Of a DNA stretch of 64,000 nt, positions 18,806 to 29,077 are shown one piece after another. The notes under the pieces are model-generated. The model worked only from the letters and a program-made list of their open reading frames with translations, was not told the origin of the DNA and searched no databases. Position 1 is the first letter of the stretch. Every line of letters begins with the position of its first letter. The position numbers were made by a program, and so were the translations under genes. Source of the stretch: an uncultured archaeon. GTDB lineage: Archaea; Asgardarchaeota; Thorarchaeia; Thorarchaeales; Thorarchaeaceae. Location of the stretch: contig CAYWJO010000002.1 of assembly GCA_964458565.1 (NCBI GenBank), positions 72,908 to 136,907 on the forward strand, read 5' to 3'.

Positions 18806-20641
18806 TTATCTAATTCCATATCTCTTCGATACTTTGATTCCACTTCTTGGAACTCTATTAGAGATTAACCGGTGTAAGAGATCCCACTTATCCAGTAGGT
18901 CTTCTTCGCGTTCTTGGAGCGTAAGTAGTGCAGCTGTGAAATTTCCGCGCTCCATAGACTTCAATACAGATAAGACGCCAGCAATACTATCATCTTGCAA
19001 TGTCTTCGATAGTGTGTCTAGTTTCTCGAGAAGGTTCTTGATTGTTTCTTTGTCATTTGGATTACGTTCAAAGAGTGTAACAAATACCATATAATAATCC
19101 TCGAAGGCATCCTTCAATTCCTTGATATCTTCGAATCCTTTAGCTGACTTTCGCAATAACGCGATTCCTAAATCAACAAGCTCGTCTTGTTTGGTTATTA
19201 ATACCTCTAGACCTGCAGTTCTAGTCCAGATGGTTGCAAGTTCTTTAACACCAAGATTAATGTAGAATTTAGCAGCTTTTATTGCCATTTCACTCGAAAT
19301 CCGGTGATACTCGATATACATGTCCTCTTCACCAAGAAGCATTCTTCCCTCAGCAGCTTTACTATAGAATTTTGATGCATCCTCAAATTGTTCGGCTTCT
19401 GTACTCTCTTTAGCAAGCTCTACATAGAGTTCCACAGCTCTCTCAAGAAGATTTTTTGCTTCTTTTATGCGCTCCACTTCGTTCAACACTTCAGCTGCTT
19501 CCTCTAGAGAAACTGCCTGCGCCTCTTTATCATCTTGACCTGCTTCCTCTTCAGCTCTTTCAATGTAATAGTTGATAACAGAATCAATCAGTGTATCGGC
19601 TTTTTCTGTGTCTCCCCATTTCCTTAGACACATGGCTTGGTATCTCAGATACTTCTTCTCACTTTCTACATCTCTCTCTTCAGAGGCTTTATTTTTCAGC
19701 TCCGCAAAGAGTCCACTTCCTTTTTTGAATGCCCATTTCGCCTTCATCGGTCGACCAATTTCAGTAAACATCTCTCCAGATTTGACCAAGAGTGGTGCAA
19801 CGATTTCTGCGCTTCCTTCCATCTTCAGATATGCTTCTGCGGCTTTACTCATAGCTTGACGAGTTGAAGAAGTGAGTCGTTGAAGTTTAAACGCTTCATG
19901 TGCGGCATCGTAGATATTTCCCGCCTTCTCAAACAGTCCAGCTGCCTCGTATCTCTCTCCAGCTTCCATCATGATACGCGTTCCTTCTGGACTATCTCCC
20001 ACCATCTGGTATATCTGTGCTGCTTCTGCAAGAGCATTTCCTGATTCAAGCAGGTTATTGTTCTCTTTTTCAAGTTCTGCCCATTTCAAGGCAACTTTAG
20101 ATGCTCTATCATAGATACGTTTACCAAGTTCGTCATCTCCTGCTGTATAATAGAGTCTTCCTACTTTTTTCAATAGACTGACTACTGCAGGATAATCTTG
20201 ATCTAATTCTTGAGCGTCAGCCAGATTCTCTAACGCATCTGCGGCTAGAATTGTGATATTACTCCTTTCATTTTCACTTGAAACAAAGTCTGCGGCTCTG
20301 AAATAGAAATCTGCGGCTTTCTTATATTCCGTAGCTTCTTCGGCTACTTTGGCTGCTGTGAGATTAATACTCATAATTTCTTTGTGAATCTCTGGTGTTC
20401 CAGGCATTCTAACTAGCATCAGTGTTGCTTGCTCAGTTGCAATAAAACATTCATCGGCCATGTATAATTCACGATACACGTCACCTATCTCTTTGTAGAG
20501 TACATATGCTTCTTGATAATTACCCTCTTCAGCATAACCTTCTGCTTCTTTCATCAACTGATTTAGGATTTCATTTCTTTCCTTTTTATCCTCTATATTC
20601 CTAGCTTTTTCCAGTTTTTCTTTTAGATTTGTCAAGTACAA
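18806..20641 (-). CDS. Large alpha-helical repeat protein, alpha-SNAP/TPR-like
   Basis: Repeated AA..Y..AA..F/Y units across 611 aa. Confidence 0.7.
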   Translation of the reverse strand: MYLTNLKEKLEKARNIEDKKERNEILNQLMKEAEGYAEEGNYQEAYVLYKEIGDVYRELYMADECFIATEQATLMLVRMPGTPEIHKEIMSINLTAAKVAEEATEYKKAADFYFRAADFVSSENERSNITILAADALENLADAQELDQDYPAVVSLLKKVGRLYYTAGDDELGKRIYDRASKVALKWAELEKENNNLLESGNALAEAAQIYQMVGDSPEGTRIMMEAGERYEAAGLFEKAGNIYDAAHEAFKLQRLTSSTRQAMSKAAEAYLKMEGSAEIVAPLLVKSGEMFTEIGRPMKAKWAFKKGSGLFAELKNKASEERDVESEKKYLRYQAMCLRKWGDTEKADTLIDSVINYYIERAEEEAGQDDKEAQAVSLEEAAEVLNEVERIKEAKNLLERAVELYVELAKESTEAEQFEDASKFYSKAAEGRMLLGEEDMYIEYHRISSEMAIKAAKFYINLGVKELATIWTRTAGLEVLITKQDELVDLGIALLRKSAKGFEDIKELKDAFEDYYMVFVTLFERNPNDKETIKNLLEKLDTLSKTLQDDSIAGVLSVLKSMERGNFTAALLTLQEREEDLLDKWDLLHRLISNRVPRSGIKVSKRYGIR

Positions 20642-20785
20642 TTTCCTCAGAGGAGATTATGATTATACACTAGTGAATTGTTAACATTCAAATATTAGTT
20701 GCTATAGTACAGATTTCCTTCACTATTTCCCCTCAATAAAACTCAAATATGTACAAAGCAACAGTGACTTGGTAGTGTATACCCA

Positions 20786-21886
20786 GTGAGCCCAAAAATA
20801 AGAATCGGTTTGATTGGGACCGGGAACATCGGGAGAGTCCATTTAACTAGTTTTCTTGCATTAAGAGCGGCTGGACTCCTTGATATCGAGATAGCAGCTC
20901 TTTGTGATGTAAATCCCGAATCCCTGAATTCTGTAGCAGAAGAGTATAATCCTAATGCCATTTATACGGATTTTCTTGATCTCATTAATGATGAGAATGT
21001 GGATGTAGTTTACATCTGCACTCCTACGAACCTTCATTCCGATATGGTAAAAGCCGCAGCTGAAGTCGGAAAACCAATAATGTGTGAAAAACCATTGGCA
21101 CACAGTTGTCCACAAGCTAGAGAACTTGTGGCAGTGACTCAGAGCGCAGAAGTGAATACAAGTGTTGGTCTGGTGCTTCGTTACGACCAATTTCTTCTAC
21201 ACGCGAAAAAATTGATTGAGGAAAATGACTTTGGACGTCCCATGCTAGCCCATATTCGTGATGACCAGCATTTTCCTATTGATTATATCTACAATAGCAA
21301 ATGGCGAAGTGAGCTGTCTATAGCGGGTGGTGGTACTCTTATTGAACATAGTATTCATGATATCGATCTTCTCCGTTGGTTCTTTGGAGATATCGAGGAT
21401 GTTTATGCTAAAATTAGTAACTTTTCTGGGAATGAAGTAGAAGACCACGCATCTCTCATCATGACTCATAGAGGCGGTGCAGTGAGTACCCTTGATTCTA
21501 TCTGGCATTGGGTGGAACGTCCGAGTGAGCGTAGAATCGAGTTTTTCTTTGAGAAAGGGTATATTGGAATAAAATTAGAGTCATCCAATCGGTATCTTAT
21601 CTATCATCTACAGGGTGAAAGTCCTGTTAGCGTCGATGGCGAAACTGCCAATATTGCACTTCTAGAGAAACTTGGACTCCACGCACACAATCTGAATCGA
21701 AAAGCCTACGAGGCATTAACCTCTAATGGCGGCGAAAGATACGCTGCAATGAGTTACGACTTTCTAAACTCAATCATGAAAGGTGAGTCGTTATCTCCAA
21801 GTTTTATGGACGCAGTAAACGCACACAAAATAGTCGATGCGGCTTATACCTCTGCCAATGAAGATCGACCATTCAGTCCGCTTTGA
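20786..21886 (+). CDS. Gfo/Idh/MocA oxidoreductase
   Basis: IGLIGTGNIG, CEKPLA, GGGTLIEHSIHDID. Confidence 0.93.
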   Translation: MSPKIRIGLIGTGNIGRVHLTSFLALRAAGLLDIEIAALCDVNPESLNSVAEEYNPNAIYTDFLDLINDENVDVVYICTPTNLHSDMVKAAAEVGKPIMCEKPLAHSCPQARELVAVTQSAEVNTSVGLVLRYDQFLLHAKKLIEENDFGRPMLAHIRDDQHFPIDYIYNSKWRSELSIAGGGTLIEHSIHDIDLLRWFFGDIEDVYAKISNFSGNEVEDHASLIMTHRGGAVSTLDSIWHWVERPSERRIEFFFEKGYIGIKLESSNRYLIYHLQGESPVSVDGETANIALLEKLGLHAHNLNRKAYEALTSNGGERYAAMSYDFLNSIMKGESLSPSFMDAVNAHKIVDAAYTSANEDRPFSPL

Positions 21887-21890
21887 AGTA

Positions 21891-22022
21891 TCAAGGGAAC
21901 CCTCCTGGATATGGTCCCATAAGGAAAAGAGGGCCTCCCATAAGCATCGCTATGATTAAAATAATCACAATGATTATGATAATTCGCCTTCGATTACTGG
22001 TTCTCTCAAAGAATGGGACCAT
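21891..22022 (-). CDS. 43-aa single-pass membrane peptide (absent from ORF track)
   Basis: MVPFFERTSNRRRIIIIIVIILIIAMLMGGPLFLMGPYPGGFP; GAGTGA upstream; fills the intergenic gap. Confidence 0.6.
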   Translation of the reverse strand: MVPFFERTSNRRRIIIIIVIILIIAMLMGGPLFLMGPYPGGFP

Positions 22023-22096
22023 GCTTCATTCACTCTGTTTTGTATGTTTGAACATCCTTAAGTAGAATTTCCCGCTCTCAATTATTCAGAGGTACA

Positions 22097-23467
22097 ATGC
22101 AGGAAATTCCGCTCGAGAAAATTACTCCATCCAACTATGATGTGATTATTGCAGGTGCCGGAGCTGGAGGATTACTCACAGCGCTAGCACTCACAGGACA
22201 GGGAAAAAGAGTCTTAATACTCGAAAAAACCAGGCGTCTTGGAGGAGTATGGTTTGGATACAATGTTGATGGTTTCAGAGTGGATAATGGTATCCATGTC
22301 ATAACAAGAGTAAAACATGGTGCATTTGCGAGATTCATGAGAACCCACCTAGATCCCCCTCCTGAGTTCATCCTCCATGAAGGGTGGTATTTTCGTGTTC
22401 ATGATAGGGTTGGAACTATACCTTCTACTGTGGGCGAAACGCTTCGTTGGCCTCTCACAGGGCTCAAAGGTCGATTAGGTCTCGCTCGAATTGGCGCAAA
22501 AATAAAGACCATGAAACTTGAAGAGATGGAACAGTACAAGGATATCTCATTTCAGGAATTCATGGAATCAAAAGGAGCAACAAATCAGGTAATGCTAGAT
22601 GTGATGCAGAGTGCAATCTTCATGGCAGCTGGTGTGCCCATAGACCAAGCCTCCGCTTATGAATCACTCCGCACTCTAAAAGATACCGATAAAGAGTCCA
22701 CAAAACTTGGCTCCGCGAAACGTCTAATCTTGGGTGGGTCTGAGTATGACGAGGGTTACGTTATAGGTGGAATGAAGGGGCTCGTTGAAAGCGTTATTGA
22801 AGCCATCAATGGCGATTATGTGCTGAATGCAAATGTAGAGGTGATAACTGAAGAAGAGGGTAAAGTCACAGGTCTTACTGTAAATGGTGTGAAGATTGAA
22901 CACACCACATTTGTGAGTAATATTCCCTTATGGTCGATGCCTGCCATCATAAAGTCTGAGAATCCGGAGGTCACATCATTCTTCAAAGAATGGGATCACA
23001 TGATAGTGACCAAAGGATTGACTGTTTGGCTCTGTCTAGATGAGATTGTCATTGGAGACCGACAATCTCGGGTATTAGTTCGTCCGAATCCAAATCGGTG
23101 GATAATCTCGGTTTCAAGTTTTGACCCATCTGCAGCTCCTGAAGGAAAAGAACTTGTTGCAGTAGCTACAATGCGAGATGAGTCAATGAGTGTTGATGAA
23201 CAGGTTGATGTGATGCTGAGTAATGGGTTTGAAAAATACTACCCTGAAGTGCTTAAACATATTGAGATGAAACATGTACAGACATCCTATGCAACTCGTG
23301 CCGCTTTAATTCCTGGTCAGACTGATTTAGATCGTCCCGGACCACGTACTCCAATAAAGGGTCTCTACATTGTTGGAACTGATACAGCTGGAGCTGGTGT
23401 GGGTCTTCAACAAGCTGCTAATTCAGCAGAAGGCGTACTTAATGCTCTCATAAATGATCTCAGCTAA
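22097..23467 (+). CDS. FAD-dependent oxidoreductase, phytoene desaturase-like
   Basis: GAGAGG, LEK...LGG, DNGIH, TPIKGLYIVG. Confidence 0.88.
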   Translation: MQEIPLEKITPSNYDVIIAGAGAGGLLTALALTGQGKRVLILEKTRRLGGVWFGYNVDGFRVDNGIHVITRVKHGAFARFMRTHLDPPPEFILHEGWYFRVHDRVGTIPSTVGETLRWPLTGLKGRLGLARIGAKIKTMKLEEMEQYKDISFQEFMESKGATNQVMLDVMQSAIFMAAGVPIDQASAYESLRTLKDTDKESTKLGSAKRLILGGSEYDEGYVIGGMKGLVESVIEAINGDYVLNANVEVITEEEGKVTGLTVNGVKIEHTTFVSNIPLWSMPAIIKSENPEVTSFFKEWDHMIVTKGLTVWLCLDEIVIGDRQSRVLVRPNPNRWIISVSSFDPSAAPEGKELVAVATMRDESMSVDEQVDVMLSNGFEKYYPEVLKHIEMKHVQTSYATRAALIPGQTDLDRPGPRTPIKGLYIVGTDTAGAGVGLQQAANSAEGVLNALINDLS

Positions 23468-23476
23468 AGTATGAAC

Positions 23477-24292
23477 CTATTCTTTTACTGCTTTGAGGGA
23501 GAACATCATTGGCAAGAGATTCTCTCTGCCTGGGAGAATCCATCTTCCATTATCCGTCTCTTTTAGCATTGTCAGATAACGGAACTTGATAAAAGGAAAT
23601 TCATTGAAGAACTGAATTCTTAAGCCCGATTTCACGGTTGCATTGATTATTCTTGAGACCGGATGATTCCATTCATATTGCGGCATCGGTTTAATTTTTT
23701 TATCACCTGATGCATAAGATGAATCGAATTCAAACTTCATGGGTTTCTTACCCTGAAAGTATGGATATCTTACCTTTGGAGTTTTTTCTTCTGATTCATC
23801 ATCAAAGACATAGAAGAACGGATGAAAATCTCTGAGGTATAGAACCCCCCCTGGTTTCAAGAATTGCGAGATTATCCAGAAGAGACCGTCCATATCAGGA
23901 AGCCACACCAAGACACCTTCACTCATGAAGACGATATCGAATTTTCCTTTCAGATTCTTAGGAAGATCATACACGTTTGATTGTACAAATTTTCCACTAA
24001 GACTGGTTTGTTTTGCAAGTTTGCGTGCAGCATCTATTGCAGTTTCTGAGATATCAACTCCAGTGACCACCGCACCATGTCTTGCCCATGATAATGTATC
24101 CAGACCGAAATGGCACATAAGATGCAGCAGTGTTTTACCCTTGACATTTCCCACTTCTTCTATATCAAGTGGGTCTAGCGTTTCTCTCCCGTTTAAAAAA
24201 CCCTCAACATCATAGAATTCCGATTTCATATGAACCTCTGTTCTATTTTCCCACATCTCCTTGTTAGCTTTGATGAATTCTTCATTATCCAA
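23477..24292 (-). CDS. Class I SAM-dependent methyltransferase
   Basis: LLHLMCHFGLDT, TGVDIS, LKPGG. Confidence 0.9.
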   Translation of the reverse strand: MDNEEFIKANKEMWENRTEVHMKSEFYDVEGFLNGRETLDPLDIEEVGNVKGKTLLHLMCHFGLDTLSWARHGAVVTGVDISETAIDAARKLAKQTSLSGKFVQSNVYDLPKNLKGKFDIVFMSEGVLVWLPDMDGLFWIISQFLKPGGVLYLRDFHPFFYVFDDESEEKTPKVRYPYFQGKKPMKFEFDSSYASGDKKIKPMPQYEWNHPVSRIINATVKSGLRIQFFNEFPFIKFRYLTMLKETDNGRWILPGRENLLPMMFSLKAVKE

Positions 24293-24396
24293 GGTAAGTT
24301 AACTCCTACTATCGCTCTTGTTTCAATATGGTTCTCATTATGAGGAATGTGTTATTCAACTGTCTACATAATGTAACAACAATCTAAGATGAGTTG

Positions 24397-24876
24397 CTAC
24401 TCCTTTTTGTTCTCAGTTTGGATTCTTCTTATCAGGTTCTCTATTAGATGAATAAGTCGATTTACACAGGATTCATAGCTCTCTTTTGAATGTCCCCAGC
24501 AATCCTCCACATTTCCTTGTTCTCCTGCAAACTCTGTCAAAAGGTGTGTTTTTTCCTCTGATGCATTATATTCCTGTATCAACTTGTCTCGATGTTTGGA
24601 TTCCATCGTGAGAATAAGGTCAAACGACTCCAGTAATTCCTGTGTCACTTGAGTCGCAGTATGATCGTCTAGTACGATTCCCCGTTCACCCATGACTTCT
24701 ACTGCTAGATTCTCTGCTTTCTCTCCTTCGTGCGCGTGGAGTCCCGCTGAACTCACCTGAATTCCTTGAATATTCGAATCCTTGCTTCTTGCCACCTCCG
24801 CTTTCATGATGTTTTCTGCCATAGCACTTCTACCAGTGTTTCCAGTGCACACAAAGAGAACTCTCATTTGAACCAA
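24397..24876 (-). CDS. Low-molecular-weight protein phosphatase (YwlE/Wzb-like)
   Basis: P-loop FVCTGNTGRS, SAG, DLILTME. Confidence 0.9.
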   Translation of the reverse strand: MVQMRVLFVCTGNTGRSAMAENIMKAEVARSKDSNIQGIQVSSAGLHAHEGEKAENLAVEVMGERGIVLDDHTATQVTQELLESFDLILTMESKHRDKLIQEYNASEEKTHLLTEFAGEQGNVEDCWGHSKESYESCVNRLIHLIENLIRRIQTENKKE

Positions 24877-24975
24877 TCAAGCCTTGTTCAAGTTTGCATA
24901 TAGTCGTAACGAAAAGGTTTTGTTGTGGCTCTACGACTTTCAATTCAACCGTAGGTCATTTTAGGAGCCTTCATT

Positions 24976-25530
24976 ATGAAGATGATTGAGATTCGCTGGC
25001 ATGGGCGTGGTGGACAGGGTGGTGTGACGAGTGCAGAACTATTAGCTAAAGCTGCGTATATTGATGGTTACAAAGGAGTACAAGCCTTTCCATACTTTGG
25101 TGCAGAACGACGAGGTGCACCAGTGAAAGCGTTTACAAGGATATCAGATAGAGAAATCAATGTTCGTAGCCAAATCTATGAACCAGATATAGTAGCAGTT
25201 CTTGACTCCAGTATAATTGATTTAATCGATGTCACTGAGGGTCTTAAGGAGAATGGAAAAATCATCATAAATATCGATAAAGCCCCAGACGAACTAGACT
25301 TGGCAGGTCACGTCTATACGTATGATGGGACCGGCATTGCACTAAGATACGGTCTCTTAGTTGCAGGGCTCCCTGTTGTAAATACTACAATGCTCGGTGC
25401 TTTCTCAAAAGCGACTGGACTTGTGAAATTAGAAACTGTACAGGAAGTCATCCGTCAGAAATGGCCTGGTAAAGTTGGAGATCGAAACGCAGATGGAGCG
25501 AAAGAAGCCTTCGATTCCTGTATTGATTAA
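24976..25530 (+). CDS. porG: Pyruvate/2-oxoacid:ferredoxin oxidoreductase gamma subunit
   Basis: EIRWHGRGGQG, FGAERRGAPV, NTTMLGA. Confidence 0.93.
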   Translation: MKMIEIRWHGRGGQGGVTSAELLAKAAYIDGYKGVQAFPYFGAERRGAPVKAFTRISDREINVRSQIYEPDIVAVLDSSIIDLIDVTEGLKENGKIIINIDKAPDELDLAGHVYTYDGTGIALRYGLLVAGLPVVNTTMLGAFSKATGLVKLETVQEVIRQKWPGKVGDRNADGAKEAFDSCID

Positions 25531-25572
25531 TTATATTTACAAAAATAGCGGAATGAGGTGGAATCAATCCAC

Positions 25573-26376
25573 CTATGCAAACATTCTCTCGTAACCTCGA
25601 CTTGGCGTTCCTGGCATTTGTCTTCTCATTCCATCTACCTGTTGAGCCATGTCTTCCATTTTCTTTCGAATATTCTCTGCACTTTCTTGAAGTTCATGAA
25701 TATCCACATCGACATGGTACAACCGATTCAATGCTTCAATTAATTGAATTGCACCTTCAGGATCTGGAATAATTGCAATAGCTGGAGTAAGTAGTGCAAA
25801 ACCAACCATTGAACGACAGAGAGTTTCAGATAGTATCGAACCTGCTATACCGGTTATGATTCCTTTGGAGAGAATCTCCATTTTTTCATCTTTGATCAGA
25901 TCTGCAAGTTTCTCCTCTTCGGCAGCATATAGAACCTTTCTATCAGTGGGTAAACCCTGAACAGGAATCCCATCTAGAACTACCGTTTCTTTAACTCCTA
26001 CTTCTGCCGCCCAATCGAGAAGGGCTGAACTTACAGCATACATACCCTCCTCCGCAATTGGGAGTTCTGTAGTGACAACGATAAGTTTCTTTTCTACGCT
26101 AGCATAGATTCTGAAAGGGTGGCGTAGTCTACCATCTAGAAAAACAGCTGCAGATGGCATATATTTAGAACGAACATGTGCAATCTCTTCCATCTTGAAT
26201 TGGTCAATAATGGTGTTTGCAGCTATTGTTCCAACCACACCTGCTGATGGAAAACAGCATACCATTAATGGATTGGCAATACTAACTTCTTTTGTTTGGA
26301 CAACCTGTGCGTCTGGTGCTCCCAATATTTTTGCTGGACAATCATCGGTCATAATACTAATCTCACAGATTATCAC
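25573..26376 (-). CDS. PAC2-family proteasome assembly chaperone (PbaA/PbaB-like)
   Basis: FPSAGVVGTIAA, PDPEGA, C-terminal coiled coil. Confidence 0.9.
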   Translation of the reverse strand: MIICEISIMTDDCPAKILGAPDAQVVQTKEVSIANPLMVCCFPSAGVVGTIAANTIIDQFKMEEIAHVRSKYMPSAAVFLDGRLRHPFRIYASVEKKLIVVTTELPIAEEGMYAVSSALLDWAAEVGVKETVVLDGIPVQGLPTDRKVLYAAEEEKLADLIKDEKMEILSKGIITGIAGSILSETLCRSMVGFALLTPAIAIIPDPEGAIQLIEALNRLYHVDVDIHELQESAENIRKKMEDMAQQVDGMRRQMPGTPSRGYERMFA

Positions 26377-26402
26377 GTCAGAAGACGAATATTAAGTTTG
26401 AG

Positions 26403-27794
26403 TCATAGAGGTTCCAGATGAACAAAAACTGCAGACACATCTTGAATTTCTTGTTTTACTCTTTTTTCAATCGCAATAGCAACATTGTGGCTCTCTTCAA
26501 TAGATAATTGACCATCAACACTACAATCTATAGAGATTGTGAAACCGTGTTCATCACGATTAACAATGACATTATGACATCCATGTGCTAGTGGTTCTTC
26601 TTGCACTATTTTCCTGACAGCAGTGAAAATGCCTTCCTTTTCAGCAGAAGTGTCAACAACCGTTTCCTCCGTTTCCAAGTGAAAGGTGATATGTTTGATT
26701 GTATCAAACTCTTCCTTTAGTCTGGATTCGAGTTCGGATGATATTCTGTGTCCTTTTTCAAGGGTCATTTTAGCTTTCAATTCAAGATCTGCTGCAACAT
26801 AAACTCCATCCGCCATGTCATGAACTCGGATATTGTGAATGCTCCTAATCTCATCATCAGAAATAGAGAGTCGTTGCATGAACTGATAGATTTCATCTTG
26901 CTTGTGCGCATCTTGTCTTATTGCTGGTTCCATATGAACAATAACATCCACCCTTGGTGCTAGATGTTCCATCTTTTTCTCAATACTATCTGCAATGTTA
27001 TGGGCTTCTGACAATGGAACATCCTCCCCTAGTGACACCACAAGATCAACAAAGAGATCAGGTCCAGACATTCGCACTCTTGCTCTTTGACATTTTTCAA
27101 CTCCTACAACTTGTAGACAGAGTTCGTCAATTTCCTCACGTAACCCTGGTGGAGCTTTATCAATTAGATAATCATATGCTCTACGACCAAGATTCAAGGA
27201 TACTACAAAGATGATGATTGAAACACCAATCGCCGCAAGAGGATCAGCGATAGGAAGCCCAATCCAAACGAAGCATACCCCTGCTAGAACCACTGCTGAG
27301 CTAATCATATCAGTGCTGAAATGAAGTGCATCCGCTTCGAGGGCTTGACTTCCATGTTCCTCCGCGGTTCTGAATAGCATCCTACTACGCTCCCAATCAA
27401 TAAATATGCTCAACACCATAATAGCGATACCCGCTATTGAGGGATGGGGAAACTCTAGAAGTTGGATTCTTCTGAATGCCTCGTATATAATCCAGATTGA
27501 TGTAACCCATAAGATAATTGTTTCAGCAAGAGCTGCGAAATTTTCAATTTTACCATGGCCATATTGATGATCCGTGTCGGGTTCTTTTGATGCTCTTCTG
27601 ACTGCAATGAATGTAATACCTGCTGCAGCCATATCTAGTCCACTATGTGCTGCTTCTGAGAGAATACCCAGTGAATTGTCCAGCAATCCGACAATGAGTT
27701 TGATCACTGTGAGAAAAAGTGCAGCGAGAATTGAAAGAAGTGCTGCTCTCTGTACTTTTCTTCTTCCTTCATCTTGGGTCATATCAATCATCAT
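26403..27794 (-). CDS. Cation diffusion facilitator with three C-terminal dimerisation domains
   Basis: SEAAHS, HQYGHGK, ADALH; CTD ends HMEP, HLET, HLEP. Confidence 0.9.
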   Translation of the reverse strand: MMIDMTQDEGRRKVQRAALLSILAALFLTVIKLIVGLLDNSLGILSEAAHSGLDMAAAGITFIAVRRASKEPDTDHQYGHGKIENFAALAETIILWVTSIWIIYEAFRRIQLLEFPHPSIAGIAIMVLSIFIDWERSRMLFRTAEEHGSQALEADALHFSTDMISSAVVLAGVCFVWIGLPIADPLAAIGVSIIIFVVSLNLGRRAYDYLIDKAPPGLREEIDELCLQVVGVEKCQRARVRMSGPDLFVDLVVSLGEDVPLSEAHNIADSIEKKMEHLAPRVDVIVHMEPAIRQDAHKQDEIYQFMQRLSISDDEIRSIHNIRVHDMADGVYVAADLELKAKMTLEKGHRISSELESRLKEEFDTIKHITFHLETEETVVDTSAEKEGIFTAVRKIVQEEPLAHGCHNVIVNRDEHGFTISIDCSVDGQLSIEESHNVAIAIEKRVKQEIQDVSAVFVHLEPL

Positions 27795-27919
27795 CTGACC
27801 TCTTTACGGGATTATTAAAACTTCTCAATCGACCTATCAATTTTGGAATGCATGATGCTTTTAGGGAGCTTGAATACACTCAAACATAACCTCTGTCTAT
27901 TTGCTAAAGGTGTTACTAA

Positions 27920-29077
27920 TTGAAATTCAGAACGGAAGATATTATGCCTCCACCGATCGTGAAGATTTCCGAAGCTGCTCAGAGATTCATAAATTCTCCA
28001 GATTTTCTGAATCTTGGACAAGGTTTACCTGGTCACATCCCTCCATTACGGGCACTATCATCTCTGAGTGATAACGTGAAACACCCTTCTCTTCATAGAT
28101 ATACTTCTGACCAAGGCCATCTGGAACTCCGTGAAGAATTAGCAATCTATCTGAGAAAATTCTTCAATATCAAGGTTAACCCCCAGACTGAATTAGTCAT
28201 TACTGCGGGAGCTAATTCAGGTCTTGCGGGAACTATTCTTACTCTTGTGGGCTCTGGTGATAATGTGATTATGCCGACTCCTTTCTATTTCAATGCCGCA
28301 ATGGCAGTAAAACTAGCAGGGGGCGATGTCTTTGAATCTCCTGTAGATGAAAGATTTCAGCCCAACCTAGAACACATAGCATCTCTTGTTAATGAGAAGA
28401 CAAAGGCCATTGTATTGATTTCCCCAAACAATCCAACTGGTGCAGTCTATCATAGAAATATCATCGATGAGATTGTGAACATCTGTATAGACAACGATAT
28501 CATTCTCATATCTGATGAAACCTATGCACGGCTAGTGTATGATGGAGCAGAGCACTACAGTCCACAGATTCGCAAGGAGGCACAGAATAATATCGTAACA
28601 GTTGCCAGTTTCTCAAAGGACTTTGGGATGAGTGGTTGGAGAGTTGGATACAATATAGGTCCTGAAAGATTCATCAATGAATACCTCAAAGTTCAAGATA
28701 CGATTACAATTTGTGCACCAACTGCTGGACAAGTTCTAGCATTAGAGATATTGAAACACAATCTGGATGAAATTGACCATGAGCTTCGACGCCTTGGTAC
28801 ACTCAGAGAATTAGCTTACCTGCGAGCACGTGAAATTGATTCTCTGGAGTTCTATAAAACCTCTGGAACTTTCTACATGTTCCCTCGCGTTAAGAATTGT
28901 AAGGATTCAAGAACATTGGTTCTAGATATTCTCAACTCAATTCATACGCTTGTTTTACCTGGTAGCATCTTTGGACCGAGCGGGGAAGGACACATTCGAA
29001 TTTCTATTGGCCCTCTTACACCTGATGCGGTTGATGAAGCATTTGATCGATTAGGGTCATATTTTAACAGGAATTAA
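27920..29077 (+). CDS. PLP-dependent class I/II aminotransferase
   Basis: SPNNPTG, SDETY, SFSKDFGMSGWRVG. Confidence 0.93.
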   Translation: MKFRTEDIMPPPIVKISEAAQRFINSPDFLNLGQGLPGHIPPLRALSSLSDNVKHPSLHRYTSDQGHLELREELAIYLRKFFNIKVNPQTELVITAGANSGLAGTILTLVGSGDNVIMPTPFYFNAAMAVKLAGGDVFESPVDERFQPNLEHIASLVNEKTKAIVLISPNNPTGAVYHRNIIDEIVNICIDNDIILISDETYARLVYDGAEHYSPQIRKEAQNNIVTVASFSKDFGMSGWRVGYNIGPERFINEYLKVQDTITICAPTAGQVLALEILKHNLDEIDHELRRLGTLRELAYLRAREIDSLEFYKTSGTFYMFPRVKNCKDSRTLVLDILNSIHTLVLPGSIFGPSGEGHIRISIGPLTPDAVDEAFDRLGSYFNRN

